Positions 55,603-64,000 of a DNA stretch of 64,000 nucleotides are shown here, piece after piece. The notes beneath the pieces were generated by a model that searched no databases, was not told the origin of the DNA, and saw nothing but the letters and a program-made list of their open reading frames with translations. Within the stretch, counting starts at the first letter, position 1. The number at the start of each line of letters is the position of its first letter. This stretch comes from Pseudomonadota bacterium (lineage in GTDB: Bacteria > Desulfobacterota > Desulfobacteria > Desulfobacterales > JBDRRP01), in the NCBI GenBank assembly GCA_043825735.1, contig JBDRRP010000040.1, positions 1-64,000 of the forward strand, in the 5' to 3' direction. The position numbers and the translations under genes were made by a program.

Positions 55603-56162
55603 AAGTGTACACCGGCAGCGGCGACAAGGGGAAAACCAGCCTTTTCAGCGGTGAGCGCATCACCAAGTCCGACCGGCGCATCGCCGCTTATGGCGATGTT
55701 GATGAGCTGAACAGCATTCTGGGCATGCTGACCTCCGTGATGCCGGAATCGCTGGCCGAGCGCCGTGCGGAAGTGCTGACGGCACAAAGCGATCTGCTCC
55801 ATGTCGGCGCCTGGCTGGCTACCACGCCGGGCGCAGCCGCGGCCGATAGCCTCAAACCCTTCGATGAGAACCATGCGGCTGCGCTGGAGGGCGCCATCGA
55901 TGCCATGGACGCCGCCCTGCCGCCGCTCACACAGTTTGTGCTGCCCGGCGGGCACATGACCGCGGCCTGGGCCCATGTGGCGCGAACCGTGTGCCGGCGG
56001 GCCGAGCGCCATGTGGTTGCGGCGGTGGCCGATCAACCGGCGGCGGATACGACCGCGAAAACGATCCTGGTGTATCTCAACCGGCTGTCCGACTATCTCT
56101 TCGTACTGGCACGCTTTTGCAACCACGCACTGGGCGTGGCCGAAGCGCGCTGGAATCCGTGA
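55599..56162 (+). CDS. pduO: PduO-type ATP:cob(I)alamin adenosyltransferase
   Basis: YTGSGDKGKT, YGDVDELNS, ARTVCRRAER, YLNRLSDYLF. Confidence 0.92.
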   Translation: MKVYTGSGDKGKTSLFSGERITKSDRRIAAYGDVDELNSILGMLTSVMPESLAERRAEVLTAQSDLLHVGAWLATTPGAAAADSLKPFDENHAAALEGAIDAMDAALPPLTQFVLPGGHMTAAWAHVARTVCRRAERHVVAAVADQPAADTTAKTILVYLNRLSDYLFVLARFCNHALGVAEARWNP

Positions 56163-56177
56163 AGAGATCCATAGACC

Positions 56178-56840
56178 ATGCGCTTTCCCATATCGACCAC
56201 TCGGGTGCTCGCATCCCGCCGGCTCAATGACAACGCCTTTGAGCTGTACCTTGAGCGCGCTCCGGGATTCCACTTTTCACCCGGGCAGCGGCTTCGGGTG
56301 CACTGGGGCGCTCACGAGCGGGAGTACTCCATCGCATCCTCGCCTGCCGATGAGCATCTGATGCTCTGTGTGCGACGTGTGTCGGGGGGGACCGTCTCTC
56401 CCCTGATGGCAGCACTGAGCCCGGGTGAGCCTGTTCAAGTCAGCGGTCCATATGGCCATTTCCGCTACCAGTCGCGCGAACACCGCGCGGTCTTCGTCGC
56501 TACCGGAACCGGAATTGCGCCGTTTCGGGCCATGATCGCCGACGGCTGTGGCGCCGGCGAGTCGCTGGTGCTGCACGGGATCCGCTCCGCGAAAGATCTT
56601 TTCTACAGGGAACTTTTTTTGACGGGGGCTGGATGCTACCGGGCATGCCTCAGCGGCGCAGACGCCCCCGGAGGCGCCGACATTTTCCAAGGGCGCGTGA
56701 CCGACTATGTTGCGCATCACCTCGCGCCGGGCCGCTACGATTTTTATCTCTGCGGCCGACAGGACATGATCCGGGATGTCATCCTTATTGTCGACGACCA
56801 ATTCAGCGCCGCACGCATTTTTACCGAAGCCTTTTATTGA
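56178..56840 (+). CDS. FNR-family FAD/NAD(P)-binding oxidoreductase
   Basis: PGQ, REYSIAS, GPYG, ATGTGIAP, YLCG. Confidence 0.88.
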   Translation: MRFPISTTRVLASRRLNDNAFELYLERAPGFHFSPGQRLRVHWGAHEREYSIASSPADEHLMLCVRRVSGGTVSPLMAALSPGEPVQVSGPYGHFRYQSREHRAVFVATGTGIAPFRAMIADGCGAGESLVLHGIRSAKDLFYRELFLTGAGCYRACLSGADAPGGADIFQGRVTDYVAHHLAPGRYDFYLCGRQDMIRDVILIVDDQFSAARIFTEAFY

Positions 56841-56884
56841 AAACCGACCGTGCGTCCTTACTCTTTCGTTTACTGCGGTTTTTT

Positions 56885-56983
56885 GATCACCACGGAGTAC
56901 ACGGAGAACACGGAGAAAATCCAAAATCTTGGTATTTAAAATAAAATCTCCGTGCTCTCCGTGTACTCCGTGGTTCAACATCA
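56885..56983. repeat. CACGGAG/CTCCGTG long-hairpin repeat
   Basis: accacggagtacacggagaacacggaga...tctccgtgctctccgtgtactccgtggt; near-perfect arms with 9-nt periodicity. Confidence 0.9.
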
Positions 56984-57031
56984 GTTCGCTTGGGATCCGG
57001 CTTGGGTATTGGAGATAAGGAGACAACGGTT

Positions 57032-58417
57032 ATGGAATACCGGGAAGAGCGCGACTCGATGGGCGTGTTGATGGTGCCGGCCGATGCCTACTACGGGGCG
57101 CAGACCCAGCGGGCCGTGGAGAATTTTCCCATCAGCGGGATGCTCATGCCCGGAGAATTCATTTCGGCATTGGCGCGGATCAAACGATTCGCGGCGCAGA
57201 CCAACCGTGACCTGGGGCTTCTCGACACCGGTCTTGCCGAGGCCGTCATCCATGCCGCCGATGACGTCCTGGCCGGGCGGCTGGCCGATCAGTTTGTGGT
57301 GGATGTTTTTCAGACAGGCTCCGGCACGTCTACCAACATGAACGTCAATGAAGTCCTGGCCGGCCGTGCCAATGAAATCCTCACCGGCAAACGGGGCGGC
57401 AAGTCGCCGGTCCATCCCAACGATCACGTCAATCTGGGTCAATCCAGCAACGATGTGATTCCCACCGCCATCCACGTGGCCGCCCTCTCGGAGATCCGGT
57501 TCAGCCTGGTGCCGGCCATGAAACGATTGCACAGCGCTTTGGACGAGAAGGCTGCCGCGTTCAAAGACATTCGGAAGCTGGGCCGCACCCATCTTCAGGA
57601 TGCCGTCCCCATGACCCTGGGCCAGGAATTTTCCGGCTACGCCCGGCAGGCGGCCCTGGGCGTGGAGCGATTGGACGCCCTCACACCGCGGTTGGCAGAA
57701 CTGGCGCTGGGGGGGACCGCTGTGGGCACGGGACTCAACACCCATCCGGGCTTTGCCGCCGGCACCATCGAAAAACTGGCCGTCGCACTGGCGCTGCCGT
57801 TTCGCGAGGCCGCCAATCATTTCGCCGCCCAGGCCGCCCAGGACACGGCGGTGGAAGCCAGCGGTGCATTGAAGGCCATTGCCGTCTCCCTGGTGAAAAT
57901 CGCAAACGATGTCAGATGGCTGGCGTCGGGTCCCCGCAGCGGGCTGGGAGAAATCACCATCCCCTCCCTGCAGCCGGGTTCATCCATTATGCCCGGCAAG
58001 ATCAACCCCGTGGTGCCCGAAGCCGTCATTCAGGTTGCCGCCCAGGTGATCGGAAATGATGCGGCCATCACTATGGGGGGCCAAAACAGCGCGTTCGAGT
58101 TGAATATGGCCCTGCCGCTCATTGCCCACAATCTGCTCCAGTCCATCATGCTGCTCAGCCGCGCCGCCGGTGTTTTCTGTGATCGCTGCATTGTCGGCAT
58201 ACAGGCCAACCAGGGCACCTGCGAAGGGTATATCGAAAAGAGTCTGGCGCTGGTGACGGGGTTTGTCCCCCATTTGGGATACGACCGCGCCGCCGAGGTG
58301 GCCAAAACCGCATTGGTCGAGGGGAAAACAGTCCGCGAGGTGGTCACTGCCCTGGGAACGCTGTCCGATGCCGTGATCATCGAGGTTCTGGGTCCCGAAC
58401 CGGAAGATGGTTCATGA
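57032..58417 (+). CDS. fumC: Class II fumarate hydratase
   Basis: QTGSGTSTNMN, HPNDHVNLGQSSND, GRTHLQDA, GSSIMPGKINP. Confidence 0.93.
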   Translation: MEYREERDSMGVLMVPADAYYGAQTQRAVENFPISGMLMPGEFISALARIKRFAAQTNRDLGLLDTGLAEAVIHAADDVLAGRLADQFVVDVFQTGSGTSTNMNVNEVLAGRANEILTGKRGGKSPVHPNDHVNLGQSSNDVIPTAIHVAALSEIRFSLVPAMKRLHSALDEKAAAFKDIRKLGRTHLQDAVPMTLGQEFSGYARQAALGVERLDALTPRLAELALGGTAVGTGLNTHPGFAAGTIEKLAVALALPFREAANHFAAQAAQDTAVEASGALKAIAVSLVKIANDVRWLASGPRSGLGEITIPSLQPGSSIMPGKINPVVPEAVIQVAAQVIGNDAAITMGGQNSAFELNMALPLIAHNLLQSIMLLSRAAGVFCDRCIVGIQANQGTCEGYIEKSLALVTGFVPHLGYDRAAEVAKTALVEGKTVREVVTALGTLSDAVIIEVLGPEPEDGS

Positions 58418-58490
58418 CGGCACCATAGCGATGACTGTTGAGAAAAAACAGTGAACACGCTAAACTGATGGCATTTCAAATGGTCTGAAA

Positions 58491-58582
58491 TCACCACAGA
58501 GGACGCAGAGACCGCAGAGATAACTTGCTAATTACTCAATATATTCTCTGTGGTCCTCTGCGGTCTCTGTGGTTCAAAATCA
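58491..58582. repeat. Long-hairpin repeat (CRCAGAG variant)
   Basis: accacagaggacgcagagaccgcagaga...tctctgtggtcctctgcggtctctgtggt. Confidence 0.8.
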
Positions 58583-58648
58583 CTTTTTACGGGTTTATCG
58601 AACTTATTACTGTTGTGAATTCACCCCCCAATCAACGGAGGTTAGCCC

Positions 58649-58855
58649 ATGCCCAAAAAGTATCGCGTGAAGACGGCGTGCCCGCAGTGCGGCTGCAGTG
58701 CGGTTCAGCACCTTTCCGAAGAAGAGATCAAAAAGCGCTTTGGCGATGCGCCCAATGTCCACCTGGAATGCGGCGAATGCATGCTGCAGTTTGAAACCGC
58801 GGTGGCTGATGCCTGCCCCGAGTGGGATGATGCCTGCAAGCTGAAATCCAAGTAG
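58649..58855 (+). CDS. Small Cys-rich (2x CxxC) hypothetical protein
   Basis: GGAGG RBS; CPQCGC...CGEC...C...C. Confidence 0.7.
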   Translation: MPKKYRVKTACPQCGCSAVQHLSEEEIKKRFGDAPNVHLECGECMLQFETAVADACPEWDDACKLKSK

Positions 58856-58940
58856 AAACGATCTCAGAAAGACTTTACCGCTTCTCCAGGAAGCTCAAGC
58901 CACAACCGAATGCCATTGCAATCGGGAGATATGAATTATA

Positions 58941-59020
58941 AAAACTCCGTGTCCTCCGTGACTCCGTGGTTCAACATCACTTTGTTAAAAGACCAACTGG
59001 CGCTTTCTGCATAAGCGTAA
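58941..59020. repeat. CTCCGTG repeat arm with extended tail
   Basis: Matches 16328-16405, including ctggcgctttctgcat.agcgta. Confidence 0.8.
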
Positions 59021-59096
59021 TGACATTTTTGAGATTGTTCATCGCCTGATGCCTATGTTTGCGCGACCGTGTTCGTCAAGCCCCGGCCCCCGCCAG

Positions 59097-59768
59097 TCAG
59101 TTCACCGCCAGCGTGCCGTCCGAGACGGTAATACTGCGCTGTGCCATGGCGGCGCATTCGGCGTTATGCGTCACCATGATGATGGTCATTCCCCGCCGGT
59201 GAAGCCTTTTCAACAGGGACATGATTTCAGTGGCGGTGCGTGAGTCCAGATTCCCGGTGGGCTCGTCCGCCAGCAGAATGGGTGGTTCGTTGACAATGGC
59301 CCGGGCGATGGCCACCCGTTCCTGCTCTCCGCCGGAGATATCCGCGGGCAGACGGTCGGCCTTGTCGGCCAGCCCCACCTGTTCGAGCGCCGATAAGACC
59401 ATGGCGCGCTGCTCCCGGCGGTTTTTGCCGGTGATGGTCAAGGGCAGCTCCACGTTTTCCAGAACGCTCAGGTAGGGCACCAGGTGGAAACTCTGGAAGA
59501 CAAAGCCCAGAAATTCACGCCGGAAATCGGCACGGCGCTCTCCGTCGAGGGCATACACATCGATGCCGTCCACCAATAGACGGCCGCTCGTGGGTGCGTT
59601 CATCGCTCCGAGAATGGATAGAATCGTCGACTTGCCAGCACCTGAAGCGCCCATGACGGCAACGAACTCCCCCGAATCGATTTCGAAACTGACCCCTTTC
59701 AAAGCCCGAACGGCAGCGCTCCCCCGCCCGTAATCCTTGGTCAGTGTTTCTGCTGCGATATGGCTCAT
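59097..59768 (-). CDS. ABC transporter ATP-binding protein (LolD/MacB type)
   Basis: [32 protein letters not shown]. Confidence 0.95.
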   Translation of the reverse strand: MSHIAAETLTKDYGRGSAAVRALKGVSFEIDSGEFVAVMGASGAGKSTILSILGAMNAPTSGRLLVDGIDVYALDGERRADFRREFLGFVFQSFHLVPYLSVLENVELPLTITGKNRREQRAMVLSALEQVGLADKADRLPADISGGEQERVAIARAIVNEPPILLADEPTGNLDSRTATEIMSLLKRLHRRGMTIIMVTHNAECAAMAQRSITVSDGTLAVN

Positions 59769-59813
59769 AGGTGGTGTCCTTTTCTTCGGTCCCTCTTTGG
59801 TTGAGTCGGTGAA

Positions 59814-59856
59814 GAGGGTTCAAGGGTTCGAGGGTCCAAGGGTTCAAGGGGTCAAG
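59814..59856. repeat. Degenerate octamer tandem repeat (AGGGTTCA-like, x5)
   Basis: agggttca agggttcg agggtcca agggttca aggggtca. Confidence 0.8.
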
Positions 59857-59983
59857 CGACGGCATTGGGCGTCGTGCAGGGCTTGAGCATTTTCAAAACC
59901 GGAGGAATAGCGTGCTATTTGTCTTGGAAACCCGGTGCTTCGCACCGGGTTTCTAAGGCAAAGATGCCGTTTATGGATGGGCA

Positions 59984-61141
59984 CTACAGGCTGCGCAGGG
60001 CATCGTTGGGATCCATCCGCGATGCCATTCGGGCCGGGTATGCGCTGGCCCCGAGTCCCATCACCAGGGCGATGCCCACGGCTGCCGCCGCCAGCATGGG
60101 GTCCCAGTGAAAGACCACCTGCTGGCCGCTGAAAAAGATCCGGCAGGCGGCGAGTGTGCCCAGCACGCCCAGCGCGTAGCCGGTGATGCCCGAGAGCGCC
60201 GACAGGCATGCCGCTTCGGTGAAAATAATCCGCAGGATGTGCCCCCGCCGGAACCCGATGGCCCGGAAGATGCCGATCTCACGCGTTCTTTCCCGGACGC
60301 TGCCCATCATGGTGACCAGCACCACCATCGCCCCCACCAGGACCACTACGGCGGAGATGGCCAGGGAAAAGGCGCGGAACTGGGCCAGGGTGGCCATGCG
60401 GCCTTTGACCACCTGCTGGATCGCCATGACCCGTGCCGTCGGCAGGACCGAGGCGATCTGGCTCACCATGTCCTCGATCGGGCAGTCCTTGCAAAGCGCG
60501 GCCACTTCCACCATTGAGATGCGTCCCGGTTTGCCTAAAAGGGCCTGAGCCGTGAGCAGATCGGTAAACACCAGCTGGTCGTCTTGAGAGCCCGTTTCCG
60601 CGAGCACCCCGGCGATCTTGAGCCGCCGCTCGCCCACCACCAGATCCCCGCCCGTGGAAAGCGACAGTGCGGTGGCGGCGGTGCGGCCGATGAGCGCCTC
60701 TCCTGCCGCAGGCGTCGTGCCGGTCACCGACCACCATGGTTTCAGGATGCGTGCTGCCTTGAAATCGATCCCGGCCATCAACAGCCGGGAGCCGGACACC
60801 GTCACCACGCCCAGGACCATGGGGCCCAGGGCGGCGATATTGCCGGTGTTTTTGATGGTGCGGATTTTTGACAGTGCATCTTCATGAATCTCGCTCAGGT
60901 CGAAGGAGACGCCCCCGAGCGACAATCCCCCGTAAGACAGCGACAGGTTCTCCGTTTTGGGCAGGATCAGGATATTGGCCCCGTATTTTTCCAGCTTGTG
61001 GTTGATATCGTGGACCATGGTCCGGGAAAACCCGATCACGGTCACTACCGTGGCCACCCCGATGGTGAGCCCGGCCAGCACGAAGGCGGCCTTGGCCTTG
61101 CGCCGCCTCAGATTCTGGATGGCAATTTCAGTCAGTGTCAT
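59984..61141 (-). CDS. ABC transporter permease (FtsX/MacB type)
   Basis: NLRRRK, SVRERTREIGIFRAIG, YPARMASRMDP. Confidence 0.92.
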   Translation of the reverse strand: MTLTEIAIQNLRRRKAKAAFVLAGLTIGVATVVTVIGFSRTMVHDINHKLEKYGANILILPKTENLSLSYGGLSLGGVSFDLSEIHEDALSKIRTIKNTGNIAALGPMVLGVVTVSGSRLLMAGIDFKAARILKPWWSVTGTTPAAGEALIGRTAATALSLSTGGDLVVGERRLKIAGVLAETGSQDDQLVFTDLLTAQALLGKPGRISMVEVAALCKDCPIEDMVSQIASVLPTARVMAIQQVVKGRMATLAQFRAFSLAISAVVVLVGAMVVLVTMMGSVRERTREIGIFRAIGFRRGHILRIIFTEAACLSALSGITGYALGVLGTLAACRIFFSGQQVVFHWDPMLAAAAVGIALVMGLGASAYPARMASRMDPNDALRSL

Positions 61142-61143
61142 GG

Positions 61144-61701
61144 CTAAACCTGCTTTCGGAAATCAAAGAAGCGGCTCCCATCGACAATGTCTCCGATGCG
61201 GATGACCAACTGGCCGTTTTCTACGGTCCGGACCAGGGGCGCGGGGTTGCACCCGCCCTTGACCTCGTTGATCAGAACGGAGGCAAAGCGCCGGCTGCAG
61301 TTGCGGCAGACCATGGCGTCGCCTTCCTGATAATAGCCCTTGCCCGCCGGCCAGCAGACATCACAGGCGTCGAAAGCGGCGCGAACGATGCCGTCACTGC
61401 TTTTGAGAACAAAATAGCGGATCTGAATGGCCCCATGCGTGTAGCTGAAATGCTGTGCGCGCCCATCGTTGAAGAGGGCGAGGGCATGGGAGATGTGGTC
61501 GCTGCCGTTTTGGGCGTCGGCGGTCTGTGCCGTGTCGGGTCCGGAGGCGGCGCCCATGAAGGACACAGCGGCGATTCCGCCGGCCACCAGCACCACGCAG
61601 ACGGCGGCGGCCACGAGAAACCACCGTTTCCGGTTGGAAGGCGCTTCGGTGATCAGTGCTTTTTTGGATTCGCGGTCCGCGCCAAATCGTTTCTGGGTCA
61701 T
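61144..61701 (-). CDS. DUF2318-type membrane-anchored Fe-S/metal-binding protein
   Basis: AFDACDVC...GYYQEGDAMVCRNC...GGCNPAPL. Confidence 0.85.
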   Translation of the reverse strand: MTQKRFGADRESKKALITEAPSNRKRWFLVAAAVCVVLVAGGIAAVSFMGAASGPDTAQTADAQNGSDHISHALALFNDGRAQHFSYTHGAIQIRYFVLKSSDGIVRAAFDACDVCWPAGKGYYQEGDAMVCRNCSRRFASVLINEVKGGCNPAPLVRTVENGQLVIRIGDIVDGSRFFDFRKQV

Positions 61702-61845
61702 GGCTGTTCTCCTATGAGTGGCTATCGCGGCCATCGACGGCGTCTCCCATGGGAACGGAAACGCGCGAGGCGCAGAAAAAAAAGTTTTATTATCCAGTGT
61801 GATGAACCCGTAAAAAAGCAATTTTCTCGCTAAAATGCAGGGGCA

Positions 61846-62307
61846 TCACCGGCGAAGGACGGCAATGGAAAGGTATAGCGGGGGTCCGGGAAGGTGGGTG
61901 CTTGCCGTGATATCCGGCGTGGCGTTCGGAGACGGTATCTGGGTGAGCGTTTCCACGGCACTGCGATACAGGGTGTCGCCGGCGCCGGGTTTGCCCGTGT
62001 GGTGCGCCACTGCCGCGGTCAGTAGCGAGAACCCGTCCATGGATGTTTCCTGAAGACCGCAGCGCGTTTCGGCGGCGGCGTTGCAGGCGGACGCCGCTGC
62101 GGTTTGCGCCGCCGGGTGGTGCATGGCGTTAGCCGGCGGGGCGCAACAGGCTCCGGTGCATCCCTGGCCCGCCCACGCCGTTCGGAAAACGCCCGACATC
62201 GCCATCGCCACGGTGCAAACGATGACGATGGTGTTGAAACGGACTGCAGCGCTGTGGCCTCGATTGAACATGGACATACTGCTAATGGCAACCGGCCCTC
62301 TTGTCAA
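61846..62307 (-). CDS. Hypothetical Cys/His-rich protein at the head of the DUF2318-ABC operon
   Basis: Signal-like helix, CTGACC, HH, C-terminal PPLYLSIAVLRR; start uncertain. Confidence 0.5.
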   Translation of the reverse strand: MTRGPVAISSMSMFNRGHSAAVRFNTIVIVCTVAMAMSGVFRTAWAGQGCTGACCAPPANAMHHPAAQTAAASACNAAAETRCGLQETSMDGFSLLTAAVAHHTGKPGAGDTLYRSAVETLTQIPSPNATPDITASTHLPGPPLYLSIAVLRR

Positions 62308-62467
62308 TAGAATTAATCATAGCGCTTCGATATGTTATAGGGCGTCCGGGTTTGCGCGGTACAGTGGGGGCCGCCCCGGTCTTTACAATGGCCCGGGCAA
62401 CCCTTATATTGCCCCCGTTCCAGCGAAATATTCACCCCCATTAACCCCAAGAAAGGATCTGTGCGCG

Positions 62468-62944
62468 ATGTCTTACGATTTTACAGCTGACGACGTGTTT
62501 GAAATGGCCGGTCAACTCGAAAGAAACGGTGCCGCATTTTATCGTGGGGCCGCCGGGAAGGTCGCGGGCGATCCATCGGCGCAGAAACTGCTGCTCGGGC
62601 TTGCAAAAATGGAAGACGAGCACGAGAAAACCTTTGCCGAGTTGAGGGCCTCACTTGCCGGTGGAGACAAAGCACAAACGGTTTTCGACCCGGACGGGGA
62701 CGCCGTGAACTATCTGAAAGCCTTGGCTGATACCCGGGTATTTTTTGAGAAGACCGTAAATACCTCATCCATGAGAGAAATTCTCAAGGCGGCGATCGAG
62801 GCGGAAAAAGACTCAATCGTGTTTTATCTGGGGATGAAGGAGGCGGTGCCTGAGAAATACGGTAAAAATCGCCTGGAAGCTATTATCAAGGAAGAGATGG
62901 GCCACATCCGATTGTTGAGCAAGGAATTGATGGCGCTGAAGTAA
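62468..62944 (+). CDS. Rubrerythrin/ferritin-like di-iron protein (no rubredoxin domain)
   Basis: ERNGAAFY, EDEH, EKDSIVFY, EEMGH. Confidence 0.9.
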   Translation: MSYDFTADDVFEMAGQLERNGAAFYRGAAGKVAGDPSAQKLLLGLAKMEDEHEKTFAELRASLAGGDKAQTVFDPDGDAVNYLKALADTRVFFEKTVNTSSMREILKAAIEAEKDSIVFYLGMKEAVPEKYGKNRLEAIIKEEMGHIRLLSKELMALK

Positions 62945-63112
62945 TTCCTGTCCTCCCTCATCCTTCCTGCCTGACGCGTCCCGTGCCGCCCCTTGAGCTT
63001 CGGCCGGCACGGGTGCTTTTCCTGTGATTGCAGAGGGTTTTCGGATCTATCGGTAAACCCCCATCTGCTTGTGCACTATTCTCAGGTTGACGTTACCCGC
63101 AGCCCTGCGTGT

Positions 63113-63196
63113 GAACCACGAAGTGAACGAAGAAAAATAAATAACGAGAGGGTTAGAACGCCTTCGTGTCCTTCGTGAACTTCGTGGTGATCAAAA
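63113..63196. repeat. CACGAAG/CTTCGTG long-hairpin repeat
   Basis: Right arm cttcgtgtccttcgtgaacttcgtggtgatcaaaa is identical to that at 21920-21954. Confidence 0.85.
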
Positions 63197-63210
63197 CCAT
63201 CGGCGCCGGC

Positions 63211-63915
63211 TCACAATCCCTCGAATTTGCCCGACATGGCGAGCGTTTCGAGGCCTTCAGGGTCCAGCAGTTTGATCTGGCGGCGGTCACCGAGGATGAG
63301 ATCGGCGGCGGCCATGCGGGTCAGGATCCGCGAAAGGGTTTCGGGAATGGTTCCTATCAGGCTGGCCAGCTGGCTTTTGGAGATGGGCAAGGTCACCGTC
63401 TCTCGTTTCTCCTTGCCGGACAGCAGCAGCAGGTAGGACGCCAGGCGCGCCGGGACCTCTTTGAGCGAGAGGTTTTCCACCTGGACAGTGAACTGCCGCA
63501 GCCTGCGTGAGAGCACCGCGAGCATGTTCAGGGCCAGCGTTGGGTTCTCGGCGATCAGGCGCACGAAATCCGCTTTTGGAAAAAATGCCGCCCGGCTGGC
63601 GGCCAGTGCTTCAGCGCTGGCCGGGTAGGGTTTCCCTGAAAACACGGGGACTTCCCCGACCGGTTCACCCGGGCCGAAGATGTGAAGGATTTGCTCTTTT
63701 CCTTCCGCTGACAGTTTGAATACTTTGATCTGGCCGGTGATCATCACATAGAAACCGATCCCGTCATCTCCCTCGGAAAAGAGCGTTTCTCCTTTGGCAT
63801 AGGCGCGTGTGACGGCAATCTGCCGGACGGCATCCACCTGCTCCGGCGGCAGGCCCTCGAACAGGGCCGAGGCGGCGAGCGCGTCGGCCAGGTTTTTTGT
63901 TCTTTTGTTTTGCAT
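63211..63915 (-). CDS. Crp/Fnr-family regulator (Dnr/HcpR-like, no FNR Cys cluster)
   Basis: cNMP-binding fold (GKEQIL...GE...YPASA); HTH TIPETLSR. Confidence 0.92.
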   Translation of the reverse strand: MQNKRTKNLADALAASALFEGLPPEQVDAVRQIAVTRAYAKGETLFSEGDDGIGFYVMITGQIKVFKLSAEGKEQILHIFGPGEPVGEVPVFSGKPYPASAEALAASRAAFFPKADFVRLIAENPTLALNMLAVLSRRLRQFTVQVENLSLKEVPARLASYLLLLSGKEKRETVTLPISKSQLASLIGTIPETLSRILTRMAAADLILGDRRQIKLLDPEGLETLAMSGKFEGL

Positions 63916-63919
63916 GATC

Positions 63920-63985
63920 CTCCAATGGGTCTCTTGCCACAGTGAAGTTGAACCACGGAGTCAAGGAGGACACGGAGTTTTTATT
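63920..63985. repeat. CACGGAG repeat arm abutting the regulator RBS
   Basis: Reverse complement matches 58941-59000 and 16328-16385. Confidence 0.75.
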
Positions 63986-64000
63986 ATTAAAATCATCTGC

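Overview
GC-rich bacterial chromosomal window. Gene content suggests a Desulfobacterota/deltaproteobacterium-like host; this is inference, not proven. The core-like part carries recQ, a DUF4388 response regulator, a UbiA prenyltransferase, a 1774-aa soluble hybrid histidine kinase and ubiG-ubiE. It also carries a ~13 kb minus-strand respiratory operon (alternative complex III actB-C-D-F-A, a cbb3-type oxidase ccoN/ccoO-cyt c, ccoS, two small membrane ORFs, an actE-like cytochrome, a ccoI-like P1B ATPase), then ino1, sucA-sucB-lpdA, fumC, pduO, a DUF2318/ABC operon, a rubrerythrin-like gene and a Crp/Fnr regulator. The ~6.5-15 kb segment is an accessory island and looks like a decayed integron. 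It holds a 47-codon IntI C-terminal remnant missed by the ORF track, one near-complete and one truncated attC bracketing a Phd-RelE/ParE toxin-antitoxin cassette, a yjhP-like methyltransferase, a MazEF-type pair and a 249-bp direct repeat. Intergenic DNA is crowded with several families of palindromic REP/MITE-like repeats. The only HUH (RAYT-like) gene has Phe at its catalytic Tyr position and overlaps the recQ start by 4 bp. No rRNA, tRNA or CRISPR array was seen. All calls come from motif recognition by eye; no database searches were run.
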